From an uncultured Acidobacteriota bacterium (lineage in GTDB: Bacteria; Acidobacteriota; Thermoanaerobaculia; Gp7-AA8), in assembly GCA_963822445.1 (NCBI GenBank), contig CAWGHO010000002.1, forward strand, positions 1,056,001 through 1,120,000: a DNA stretch of 64,000 nucleotides, given 5' to 3'. Shown here piece by piece: positions 9,859-18,125 of the stretch. The translations under genes and the position numbers were made by a program. Under the pieces are notes generated by a model, which searched no databases, had not been told where the DNA came from, and saw nothing but the letters and a program-made list of their open reading frames with translations. Each line of letters starts with the position of its first letter. The stretch's first letter is position 1.

Positions 9859-11559
9859 TCACGCATGAAATGCCACCGCGACGGCGTTGCGGCCGCCGAA
9901 GTAGATGATGTCCCCATCCTGGAGGTATCGCTTGTCGATCTTGTGGTCATTGACGTACGTCCCGTTCGACGAATTCCTGTCGATGAGCAGGACTTTGCCG
10001 TCGATCGAAACGACCTCTGCGTGGAGCGCGAGATACCTTCGGATTCTCCAATACGATCTCACAAATTGCAGACTCCCGCCCGATGCGGATCCCCGATCCG
10101 CCGAGGCCGAGCTTTTCGCCGGCGCGGGTGCCGTTGAGGATCGTGAATTTGCCCAGCATCGCGTGTGCGGCCATCGTCCCGTTCGGCGCCACGACTGTCT
10201 CGATCGTGGCCGCTTTGAGGAGGTCCGATGGGACCCGCGGACCTCGTGAACGACGCAGAAGAAACGTGCCACCGCCAGCGCCGCCAGCGCAAGAGCGGCG
10301 ATGACTGTCGTAGCGATCGGATACAGCCGCCAGGGCGGCATCGCGGCGATGGCGCGTTCCGCGTCGTGCCCGAAACGGATGAGGTCGGGCGAGTTCGGGA
10401 AGAGCACCACGGCCCGGGCCAGATCCTTCTTCGCGTCCACCCACCGCCCAGTGGTCGCGGCGTCCAGCGCGGCGTAATAGCGCTCGTTGAACTCGCCATC
10501 ACTCTTGGGAGTGACACTCGCCTCGGCCAGAAACTGCCGGGCCACGTCGATGGGCACGAGGAACTTGATCTGCTCCGCGTCGGTGTGCCCCCAGGTCGAC
10601 ACGCCGATGGCCTGACCCGCGCGATTGACCGCCGGCCCGCCCGAGTTGCCGCGGTAGATGGCCACGTTCGTTTGAAAGACCGGCGCGTTGGTGACGTTGC
10701 GCTTGATGGCGGTGATGTTGCCGGGGTTGATCGTGGCCTCGAGATCGCTGTCGCGCGAGAGCCAGCCGCCGATGACCTCGTCGGTGCTGCTGGCCACGGC
10801 CGGATAGCCGACCGACCAGATCGACTCGCCGACTCGCGTCTCGTCCGATTTGCCGAGCGGCAACGCGGGGAGACCCTTCCGTTCGATCCGCAGAACGGCC
10901 AGGTCGCTTCCGCGTTCCGTCAGCGCCGGCGAGTACCGGCGGATCTTGAACGGCAGCGTCTCCCCGTTCGAGAGCTCGACGCTGTTCACGACTTTGACGT
11001 TGTCGACGCGCGAGGCTCTGGCCAGTGGCTGGACGTAGCGATCGAGGGCGTCATCGCGATGAATGGTGCGCAGCGTGTCGACCGGAAAATGGCGGACCAG
11101 CGCCGCGATCGCGCCGTTGCGACGAAGATCGCCTTCGAGCGCTTTCTCATCGCGAGTCGGCGCGACGACGTGGCCGCTGGTGAGGATGAAGCCATCGGGA
11201 TGGATGATGAAGCCACTGCCCGAGCCTCCGGCGCCGGTCTGCACGTCGTTCTGATCGGCGGCGACCGCGCGCGCACGAATCGCGTATCCGTCGCTCGAAA
11301 GCTGGGATTCGGTGCGCGCGATGTCGGCGGCGGTGTAGTGAAAGTCGGCCGTGGCAAAGGCGTTGACGCGCACGACGGCGGGCTTCACCGCGTAGGCCAT
11401 CTTCGTCACGTCGTCGAGCGGCGGGACATCGCGGCTGCACGCCACGAAAAACAGAGTAGGCAGTAGGCAGTAGGCGGTAGGCAGGAGACGAGATCGGTTC
11501 CACTGCCTACTGCCCACTGCGAGGCGCGAAGCGCCGAACCGCCTACTGAGAAGGCCCAT
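9859..11559 (-). CDS. Trypsin-like (S1C) serine protease - TM - FHA domain protein
   Basis: Lipoprotein-like FFVAC; GSGSGFIIHPDGFILTSGHVV (His), SDLAVL (Asp), GNSGGP (Ser); TM helix; FHA IRIGRES...VSR..HA...DRNSSNGTYVN, with compensating frameshifts near 10265 and 10030. Confidence 0.82.
   Translation of the reverse strand: MGLLSRRFGASRLAVGSRQWNRSRLLPTAYCLLPTLFFVACSRDVPPLDDVTKMAYAVKPAVVRVNAFATADFHYTAADIARTESQLSSDGYAIRARAVAADQNDVQTGAGGSGSGFIIHPDGFILTSGHVVAPTRDEKALEGDLRRNGAIAALVRHFPVDTLRTIHRDDALDRYVQPLARASRVDNVKVVNSVELSNGETLPFKIRRYSPALTERGSDLAVLRIERKGLPALPLGKSDETRVGESIWSVGYPAVASSTDEVIGGWLSRDSDLEATINPGNITAIKRNVTNAPVFQTNVAIYRGNSGGPAVNRAGQAIGVSTWGHTDAEQIKFLVPIDVARQFLAEASVTPKSDGEFNERYYAALDAATTGRWVDAKKDLARAVVLFPNSPDLIRFGHDAERAIAAMPPWRLYPIATTVIAALALAALAVARFFCVVHEVRGSHRTSSKRPRSRQSWRRTGRWPHTRCWANSRSSTAPAPAKSSASADRGSASGGSLQFVRSYWRIRRYLALHAEVVSIDGKVLLIDRNSSNGTYVNDHKIDKRYLQDGDIIYFGGRNAVAVAFHA
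11455..11520. repeat. Inverted tandem heptamer (CAGTAGG)n element inside the protease signal-peptide region
   Basis: agtagg-cagtagg-cagtagg-cggtagg-cag ... ccactgcctactgcccactgc. Confidence 0.85.
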
Positions 11560-11561
11560 CG

Positions 11562-12617
11562 TCAGTGGTTCCAGTAGAACCACGCGCCGGCCGCGGCGAG
11601 AACGAGCACGACCAGCGTCCACCGGAGGAGCGACGAGCCTTTCGGCGCGGGCGTGGAGGTCTGCGCGCGCTCTTCGAGCTTCGCCTCCAGCTCTTCCGGT
11701 TTCGGCACTTCCATCGGCTGGGTGTCTTTCATCGTCTCGTCGAAGGCGGCCACGTCGACGAGCGGCTGCAGCGGCTGGGTGTCCTCGAACTTCTCGACCA
11801 CCGTGCCTTGGCCGGCATCGTCCGGTGCCGCCTCGACGCGAGCGACGATCACGGTCACGTTGTCCGGCGCCCCACGCTCGAGCGCACGGCGCAGATACTC
11901 ATCTGCGGCCGCCTCGAGCGTCATCGCCGCGACATCCTTGATCTCGTCCTCTTTGACCACGCCGTGCAGGCCGTCGCTGCAGAGGATGAAGGTGTCGCCG
12001 ACGCGGAGCTCGATCGGACCGCGCACGTCGATCTCGACGTCTTCGGCCACGCCCATCGACCGCTGGAGTACGTTGCGCCGCGGATGGGTCTCCGCTTCCT
12101 GCGAGGTCAGCAGACCCTCGCGCACCATCGTCGCCACGAGGGAGTGGTCATCGGTGAGCTGTTTGATCTCGCCGTCGCGAACCATGTAGATCCGCGAGTC
12201 GCCCACGTGGGCGAGCCAGCCCTCGCTGTTCTTCACCGCGAGGACGGACGTCGTCGTTCCCATCCCCCGCAGATCGGGATTCGACTGCGCCTCCGAGAAG
12301 ATCCGGGCATTGGCGCGGCTCAGCGATTCGCGCAGAGCAGTGGGGATGTCCGGCGTGTCGCTGCCAAGGTATTGGGCCTTCACGGTCTCGGCGGCCAGCC
12401 GCGATGCCGTGGCGCCGCCGCGATGCCCGCCCATGCCGTCCGCGACGATCAGCAGCCGCCCGCCGGGCGAGCTCGTGCGCTCTTCATCCTGCGTCGTGTA
12501 GGTGCCGAAGTCCTGGTTTTCAGACCGCACCAAACCCACATCGCTGCGCAAAACGGCTCGCAGGATGAGACGACGCTCAGGCGTGCTGATGGTTTCGGAC
12601 GATGCTTGCTCGCTCAT
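11562..12617 (-). CDS. PP2C-family (Stp1/PrpC) Ser/Thr phosphatase with C-terminal TM anchor
   Basis: SDVGLVRSENQD, VADGMGGHRGG, GMGTTT, AHVGDSRIY, HPRRNVL, LCSDGL, GAPDNVTVI. Confidence 0.92.
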   Translation of the reverse strand: MSEQASSETISTPERRLILRAVLRSDVGLVRSENQDFGTYTTQDEERTSSPGGRLLIVADGMGGHRGGATASRLAAETVKAQYLGSDTPDIPTALRESLSRANARIFSEAQSNPDLRGMGTTTSVLAVKNSEGWLAHVGDSRIYMVRDGEIKQLTDDHSLVATMVREGLLTSQEAETHPRRNVLQRSMGVAEDVEIDVRGPIELRVGDTFILCSDGLHGVVKEDEIKDVAAMTLEAAADEYLRRALERGAPDNVTVIVARVEAAPDDAGQGTVVEKFEDTQPLQPLVDVAAFDETMKDTQPMEVPKPEELEAKLEERAQTSTPAPKGSSLLRWTLVVLVLAAAGAWFYWNH

Positions 12618-12650
12618 AGCGGAGCTACCCGGCTGTGACGCGGAGAGGGC

Positions 12651-12693
12651 ATTATAGCGCGCGGTTCGGAGCGCCATTCCGAGCCGCTATAAT
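12651..12693. promoter_or_regulatory. Back-to-back divergent promoters with two perfect TATAAT -10 boxes
   Basis: ATTATAGCG (12651-12659) and CGCTATAAT (12685-12693) form an inverted repeat in the short gap between the phosphatase and cyclase genes. Confidence 0.55.
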
Positions 12694-12704
12694 CAGCGCG
12701 CCTC

Positions 12705-14372
12705 ATGGAACAACTCCAGATCCACTACGTCGACCTCGGCGTACCTCGCGTGAATGATCTCAAGTCCGACATGTCGATCGGACGGACCGAGGGAAACGAT
12801 CTGGTGCTCAACCACCCGTCGGTGTCGCGCAAGCACGCGCGGATGGAGGGGCGGGACGGCCGCTGGTGGATCATCGACCTCAAGTCGACCAACGGCGTGA
12901 AGGTCAACGGCAACCTCATCACCGAATCGGCCGTTCACGCCGGTGACAAGGTCCTGATCGGCTCGGTTCAGCTCGACATCAAGGCCATGCCCTCGGTCGA
13001 TTTCTCGGCCGAATCGATGTTCGACAACCCGTCGGGCACGGTCATCCGCCGCATCTCCGACTTCAACTCCGAGTTCGGACTCGACGTCAGCGACCTCCAG
13101 GCCGCGGCGTCGGGAGTCCGCCCTCCTTCCGAGCCCGGCATCAAGGTCGAGCCGTCGGTTACCCGCGAAAAGATCTTCCAGGTGCTCGTGCAGGTCGCGC
13201 GGTCGCTGCTGCAGACCGAAGAGCTGACCGACCTGCTGAACACGGTCATGGACATGATCTTCAAGTACCTGCCAGTCGAGCGCGGGCTGATCATCCTCTT
13301 CGACGAGGAGGGCAATCCCGTTCCGCGGCTCACGAAGTTCATCGAGGGAGCCGATCAGACGGACATCCCCATCTCCCGGACGATCCTGAAGATGGTCGCC
13401 GAGCAGCAGGTCGCGCTGATGACCTCGAACGCTCTCGAAGACGCGCGGCTCCTGGGCGGGAAGTCGATCGCCATCCACGGAATCCGCTCGGCGATGTGCG
13501 TGCCGCTCTGGAACAAGCAGCGCGTGATCGGCGCGGTACAGGTCGACTCGCCGATTCACATCGGCCGGTTCACCGAGGAAGACCTCGACCTGATCACGGC
13601 GCTGGCGAACTTCGCCGCGGTCGCCATCGAGCGAGCGCAGCTCTCGGAGAAGATCGAGCACGAGCGGAAGATCCGCTCGAAGATGGAGCGCTATCACTCG
13701 CCGGCGGTCATCGACGAGATCGTGAAAGGCGTCGTCGCCGCCGAAGACACGGACATCCGCACGGCGGACGTCTCGATCCTCTTCGCCGACATCTCCGGAT
13801 TCACGACCGTGTCGGAGACGAAGGCGCCGGAGGAAGTGGCGGAGTTTCTGTCGAACTTCTTCTCCGCGGCGGTGGACGCGATCTTCGCGTACGGCGGCAC
13901 GCTCGATAAATTCATCGGCGACGCGGTCATGGCCTTTTTCGGCGCGCCGATCCCGCAGGATGACCACGCCGATCGCGCGATCATGGCCGGGCTGATGATG
14001 CAGGAGCGGGTCGCGCAGTGGAACGCCGTGCGGGCCGAGCAGGGGTTGCCCGAGGTGCGGATCCGCGTGGGGATCAACAGCGGACTGGCGGTCGTCGGAA
14101 ACGTCGGCACCGAGAAGCGCGTCGACTACACGGTTCTCGGGAGCTCGGTGAACATCGCTTCGCGACTCGAGAGCGGCGTGGCCAAGCCGGGGCAGCTGGT
14201 GATCTCGCAGAACACGCTCGACCGGGTCGTCGGCAGCTTCGAGATCGAGCCGCTGGGCGAGTTCGCGCTCAAGGGGCTGCAGCAGAAGCTGCCGGTGTAC
14301 ATGGTCAAGCCGAGCCCGCACGTTCCGAAGATCACGACCTCGGATACGTACCACGCGGCTCCGGCGTCATAA
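12705..14372 (+). CDS. FHA-GAF-class III adenylate cyclase
   Basis: FHA: IGRTEGND...VSRKHA...DLKSTNG. GAF: IRSAMCVPL. Cyclase: ILFADISGFT, LDKFIGDAVMA, VGINSG, DYTVLGSSVNIASRLE. Lys/Thr at the specificity positions point to ATP. Confidence 0.92.
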   Translation: MEQLQIHYVDLGVPRVNDLKSDMSIGRTEGNDLVLNHPSVSRKHARMEGRDGRWWIIDLKSTNGVKVNGNLITESAVHAGDKVLIGSVQLDIKAMPSVDFSAESMFDNPSGTVIRRISDFNSEFGLDVSDLQAAASGVRPPSEPGIKVEPSVTREKIFQVLVQVARSLLQTEELTDLLNTVMDMIFKYLPVERGLIILFDEEGNPVPRLTKFIEGADQTDIPISRTILKMVAEQQVALMTSNALEDARLLGGKSIAIHGIRSAMCVPLWNKQRVIGAVQVDSPIHIGRFTEEDLDLITALANFAAVAIERAQLSEKIEHERKIRSKMERYHSPAVIDEIVKGVVAAEDTDIRTADVSILFADISGFTTVSETKAPEEVAEFLSNFFSAAVDAIFAYGGTLDKFIGDAVMAFFGAPIPQDDHADRAIMAGLMMQERVAQWNAVRAEQGLPEVRIRVGINSGLAVVGNVGTEKRVDYTVLGSSVNIASRLESGVAKPGQLVISQNTLDRVVGSFEIEPLGEFALKGLQQKLPVYMVKPSPHVPKITTSDTYHAAPAS

Positions 14373-14373
14373 A

Positions 14374-14463
14374 TGGAGTGCGGCGGCTCTGCCGCCGCTT
14401 TGGGCGCGCGCGGAGCGCGGCTCACGCCGCGTTTGAAAGCGGCGGCAGAGCCGCCGCACTCCA
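14374..14463. repeat. REP/BIME-like doublet of palindromes
   Basis: TGGAGTGCGGCGGCTCTGCCGCCGCTTT ... AAAGCGGCGGCAGAGCCGCCGCACTCCA: a perfect inverted pair in which each unit is itself a hairpin. Confidence 0.85.
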
Positions 14464-14501
14464 AGGAACTTTCCTTGCACCCCATTCGTTTTCAATACGC
14501 C

Positions 14502-15083
14502 GTGACTTCGCGCTCTCTCACCCGAAGCCTCCTCCAGCCGTTCGCGGTCGCGCTTGCGCTGGGGCTGCTTGCCCGGGCAGCGGTTCACATCTACTCCATC
14601 CCCACGGAATCGATGGTCCCCACGCTCGAGACCGGCGATCAGATCGTCGTTACCCGCTACCTGGGCGGCGAGCCTCAGCGGGGGCACATCATCGTGTTCC
14701 GTTCTCCCGTCGATCACGAGCTGATGGTGAAACGGGTGGTCGGCCTTCCCGGCGACCTCATCGACAGCCGCCTGGGCCGGGTCCGCGTCGGCGGATACAC
14801 GCTCGCCGAGCCCTACGTTTTCCAGCGGGCGGCGACGGGCGCGATCGAATCGCAGATCGTCCCGCCGGACTCCTACTTCGTCCTCGGCGACAACCGCGCG
14901 GAATCGCTCGACAGCCGGAACTGGGGCTTCGTTCCACGCTCCGGGATCGTCGGCCGGGCGCGGATGATCCTCTGGTCTTCCGGGGTCGACGCGTCCGACG
15001 CCGCACGCGCAGCCACACCCAGGACTGATGCGCGAGAGACGAGCCGCCAGCCTCGGCGCCGTCTCTTCAAATGGCTGGGCTGA
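14502..15083 (+). CDS. lepB: Signal peptidase I
   Basis: SIPTESMVPTL (Ser), MVKRVVGLPGD (Lys), YFVLGDNR..SLDSR.WGFVP. GTG start chosen downstream of the REP element. Confidence 0.9.
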   Translation: MTSRSLTRSLLQPFAVALALGLLARAAVHIYSIPTESMVPTLETGDQIVVTRYLGGEPQRGHIIVFRSPVDHELMVKRVVGLPGDLIDSRLGRVRVGGYTLAEPYVFQRAATGAIESQIVPPDSYFVLGDNRAESLDSRNWGFVPRSGIVGRARMILWSSGVDASDAARAATPRTDARETSRQPRRRLFKWLG

Positions 15084-15116
15084 CCTGTTACCCTGACGCG
15101 CAATTCGGAGGTCGAC

Positions 15117-15479
15117 ATGTTGCGCAATCGACGTGAGCGTGGTGAAGGTCAGTTTGGGTGTCTCGTCGGTCTCGTACTGCTCCTGGTGGCCGCTTTGATC
15201 GCCTACAAGATGATCCCGATCAAGGTGAAGGCGGCCGACCTGCGCGACGCCATTTCGGACGAGGCCAAATCGGCAGGCCAGAACAGCGACAAGCAGATCA
15301 TGGCGGCCATCCTCAAGCGTGCGCAGATTCTCGGCCTGCCGGTGACAGAAAACGACATCAAGATCGATCGCGCCGCGAACTCGATCAGAATCGACGTGCA
15401 GTACACGGTTCCGGTCGAGTTCCCGGGCTACACACACCAATGGAAGTTCCGACACAAGACCGATAATCCGATTTTCTAG
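15117..15479 (+). CDS. DUF4845-like small membrane-anchored (pilin-like) protein
   Basis: Basic leader RRERGEG, then a hydrophobic helix and a short soluble domain. GGAGG RBS; follows lepB. Confidence 0.55.
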   Translation: MLRNRRERGEGQFGCLVGLVLLLVAALIAYKMIPIKVKAADLRDAISDEAKSAGQNSDKQIMAAILKRAQILGLPVTENDIKIDRAANSIRIDVQYTVPVEFPGYTHQWKFRHKTDNPIF

Positions 15480-15508
15480 CCGGTACGACCGGCTGCGCGG
15501 GGAGACAA

Positions 15509-15736
15509 ATGTCCGTAACGATCAAGATTCGCGATAAGGGCCCGCTGGTGGTGGACGGCGAGTTCACGCTCGTCGATGCCGCCGGAAACGAGGTGCCGAT
15601 CGTGAAGAGAGCCCTCTGCCGCTGCGGGGGCTCGACCACCAAGCCGTTCTGCGACGGCACCCATTCGAAGATCGGCTTTCAGGGCGCAATCGCGGCCGTG
15701 GAACAGACCGAAGAGAAGAAAGACCCGGCGAGCTGA
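15509..15736 (+). CDS. CDGSH iron-sulfur domain protein
   Basis: ALCRCGGSTTKPFCDGTH. Confidence 0.9.
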   Translation: MSVTIKIRDKGPLVVDGEFTLVDAAGNEVPIVKRALCRCGGSTTKPFCDGTHSKIGFQGAIAAVEQTEEKKDPAS

Positions 15737-16057
15737 TCAACCCGGCGACGACCGCGCATGCCCGCGCGGCCTGACCGTCGCCGGGCGCCGGTGCGGGCAA
15801 CGGTCCATGCGCGGCTCCGCGCCCGTTTCCACCCAGGCCCAGCCGGTGGCGCCGCACTTCTCGCAATTCCACGCCGTTCGCTGAAAAACGCGAGGCGCCG
15901 GCGCGACCTCGAAGTGCCCCTCGGCCTGGGTCATGCGCCCCGCGCCGCCATGGCGCGCGACTTCGGTCGTATCGGTGGCCCCCTCGCCCTGCGGGCAATC
16001 CGGCCAGGGGCAGGGCAGATCGCGATGCTCGTGACGATGCTCAGGACAGGTCTTCAT
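15737..16057 (-). CDS. Small Cys/His-rich hypothetical protein
   Basis: ATG overlaps the nitroreductase stop (TGATG). MKTCPEH...CPWPDC...CEKC...RCPH. Confidence 0.5.
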   Translation of the reverse strand: MKTCPEHRHEHRDLPCPWPDCPQGEGATDTTEVARHGGAGRMTQAEGHFEVAPAPRVFQRTAWNCEKCGATGWAWVETGAEPRMDRCPHRRPATVRPRGHARSSPG

Positions 16058-16707
16058 CAGAATGACACCAGCACTTTTTCGAGCGGCTTCCTGGCGATGT
16101 CCGGAACCATGCAGCTTTCCGCTGGATAGCCGACCGGGATCAGCAGAAACGGCTTCTCGTTCTTCGGCCGTGCAAGGATCTCGCGCAGAAAGCCCATGGG
16201 GCTGGGTGTGTGCGTGAGTGTTGCCAGCCCGGCGGCATTCAACGCCGCGAGCAGAAATCCGCAGGCGATGCCGACCGATTCGTTGACGTAATAGTGCGTG
16301 ACGTGACCCCCGTCCGCGTCGATTCCGTAGTCTTCCTTGAACACGACGATCAGCAGAGGGGCGATCTCGAGGAACTCCTTGTGCCAGTCCGTCTGCAGCG
16401 GCGCGAGCGCTTTCAACCACTCGGCGGGCATGCGCCCATGGTAGTTCTCGTACTCTTCTTTCTCCGCCGCGATCTGGATCTGCCGCTTGATCTCGGGGTC
16501 TTTCACCACGACGAACTTCCACGGCTGCAGATTCGCTCCTGACGGCGCGAGTGCCGCGGCCTCGATGCACATCGCGATCACGTCGTCGGGAACAGGCTCG
16601 TTGGAGAAATCGCGAACGGTGCGGCGAAGGCGGATCGTTTCGAGAAACGCGCCTGCCGCACCACGCGCCTGTTCGGGCGACAGACGCTCGCGGCGATAAG
16701 GAACCAT
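16057..16707 (-). CDS. Nitroreductase family protein, iodotyrosine deiodinase-like
   Basis: RRTVRDFS, APSGANLQPW, EKEEYENY, YYVNESVGIACG, TLTHTPSPM, RPKNEK, PVGYP. Confidence 0.85.
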   Translation of the reverse strand: MVPYRRERLSPEQARGAAGAFLETIRLRRTVRDFSNEPVPDDVIAMCIEAAALAPSGANLQPWKFVVVKDPEIKRQIQIAAEKEEYENYHGRMPAEWLKALAPLQTDWHKEFLEIAPLLIVVFKEDYGIDADGGHVTHYYVNESVGIACGFLLAALNAAGLATLTHTPSPMGFLREILARPKNEKPFLLIPVGYPAESCMVPDIARKPLEKVLVSF

Positions 16708-16715
16708 CGAAACCG

Positions 16716-17735
16716 TCAGGAAGCCGCGGCCTCACGCGACGCGGCGTGCGTGTCTTCCCACTCCTCGGCCTCACGCGAGAAGAACTGCACGCGCGCTTTG
16801 CGGTACTCGCGGGTCGGGAAGAGCGCCTGCTTCTGCTCGACGCCGGTGTCGATGGCGAGGTCGTTGATGATCGACTCGCATTCATCGACCGAGCGGGCGT
16901 GGACGGTCGTGTAGACGTTGTACGGCCAGTCGCTGTAGACCGGGCGGCGATAGCAGTGCGAGACGGCCTTGTTCAGCGCGAACTTCGCGCCGACTTCGTC
17001 ACAGCGCTCGTCGGGAACGACCCAGACCCCCATCGTCGTGGCGGCGAAGCCCGACTTGCGCGTGTTGATCGAGGCGCTGAAGCGACGGATCTGGCCGCGC
17101 TTCTGAAGCGTGCGCGCGGCGGCGAGAAGCTCGTCCGCGGCGATGCCGGACGTGCGTGAGAGCACGTCGAAAGGCCGCGGCTGCAGCGGCAGATCGCGCT
17201 GCAGAAGCCGCACGCACTCGACTTCGAGCGGCGTCAGCGGGGTGTAGTCGTTGTGCGCGTCGGCGTCGGAATGCGTCTCGCCGTCGGAACCGCTGGTCTT
17301 GTACAGCTTCAACGTCGGCAGCGGACGCACGGCGTCGCATTCAGCGCTGGCGCCGAGGAGATCGATGGTCTTCTCGAGTCCGAGCTTGGATTCCGGCGAG
17401 ACGAAGATCGTGAACCAGAGATTGAAGTCGTTGTTGCGGCGGTAGTTCTGCGTCACGCCGGGATGCGCGTTGATCGCCGCGGCCGCGTCATCGATCCGAT
17501 CGGGACGCACGCGCGCCGCGACGAGACAGGAGCGGTAGCCGAGGGCACGGGAGTCGAAGTAGGCGGCGAGCTGCCGGATCACGCCCTCGCGTTTGAGACG
17601 CTCAGTGCGTTTGATCACTTCTTTTTCGGACATGTCGATCGACTGTCCAACGAATGCGAACGGGGTCGAAACGAGTGGAACATCCCCCTGCAGAGCGCCC
17701 AGCAGCTCCCTGTCCCGTTGATCGATGTCCTGCAT
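16716..17735 (-). CDS. Fused AhbA/AhbB (NirDL-like) siroheme decarboxylase / Lrp-AsnC family protein
   Basis: Two wHTH-RAM halves: LQGDVPLVSTPF...HPGVTQNYRR...NLWFT and LQRDLPLQPRPF...VSHCYRRP...WPYNVYT. Confidence 0.82.
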   Translation of the reverse strand: MQDIDQRDRELLGALQGDVPLVSTPFAFVGQSIDMSEKEVIKRTERLKREGVIRQLAAYFDSRALGYRSCLVAARVRPDRIDDAAAAINAHPGVTQNYRRNNDFNLWFTIFVSPESKLGLEKTIDLLGASAECDAVRPLPTLKLYKTSGSDGETHSDADAHNDYTPLTPLEVECVRLLQRDLPLQPRPFDVLSRTSGIAADELLAAARTLQKRGQIRRFSASINTRKSGFAATTMGVWVVPDERCDEVGAKFALNKAVSHCYRRPVYSDWPYNVYTTVHARSVDECESIINDLAIDTGVEQKQALFPTREYRKARVQFFSREAEEWEDTHAASREAAAS

Positions 17736-18125
17736 TTATCCCCTCGGATTGCCGACGTTCCCGTGGGTTGAAAAGGAGCCTCGATTGTAGCCCAGCTTCG
17801 GGTACTCGTCGGGCTCGATTCGCTCTTCCTTCACGACGCGTTCCCGATGAATTGCCGCAGTTGCACAAGCCTCTGTGCGATTCACGTTCTCGTAATCACC
17901 TGGAAAGGGTTTCAGGCGTCCGAGAGCGGCATCGAACAGCCTCACAGCACCTCGCGGCGAGGTTCCGCGCTTGACGTGGTGATACGCGGCGGCGAGCTGA
18001 ATGAGGCCCTGCAGGAACTGTTTGCGATCGCCTTCGGCAGCGAGCCAGAGCTCCTCCCACGATTCATGCGCGTGCCAGAAATCGTGAGAGTTGAACTGGG
18101 CGATGCCCTTTTCGATGGCGTTCAA
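17736..18125 (-). CDS. DUF309 domain protein
   Basis: GIAQFNSHDFWHAHESWEELW...FLQGLIQLAAAYHH. TTG start overlaps the upstream stop. Confidence 0.8.
   Translation of the reverse strand: MNAIEKGIAQFNSHDFWHAHESWEELWLAAEGDRKQFLQGLIQLAAAYHHVKRGTSPRGAVRLFDAALGRLKPFPGDYENVNRTEACATAAIHRERVVKEERIEPDEYPKLGYNRGSFSTHGNVGNPRG

Noticed and set aside
4992-10300. Pseudogenisation or programmed frameshifting of the kinase/FHA cluster
   Set aside because: Catalytic motifs are intact and the lesions are small indels. The same kind of lesion hits proS, the SLT gene, bshC and the propeller gene, so assembly error is more likely.
14373-14501. N-terminal extension of lepB (MECGGSAAAL...)
   Set aside because: It is the translation of the REP doublet; the GTG at 14502 gives a normal-length LepB.
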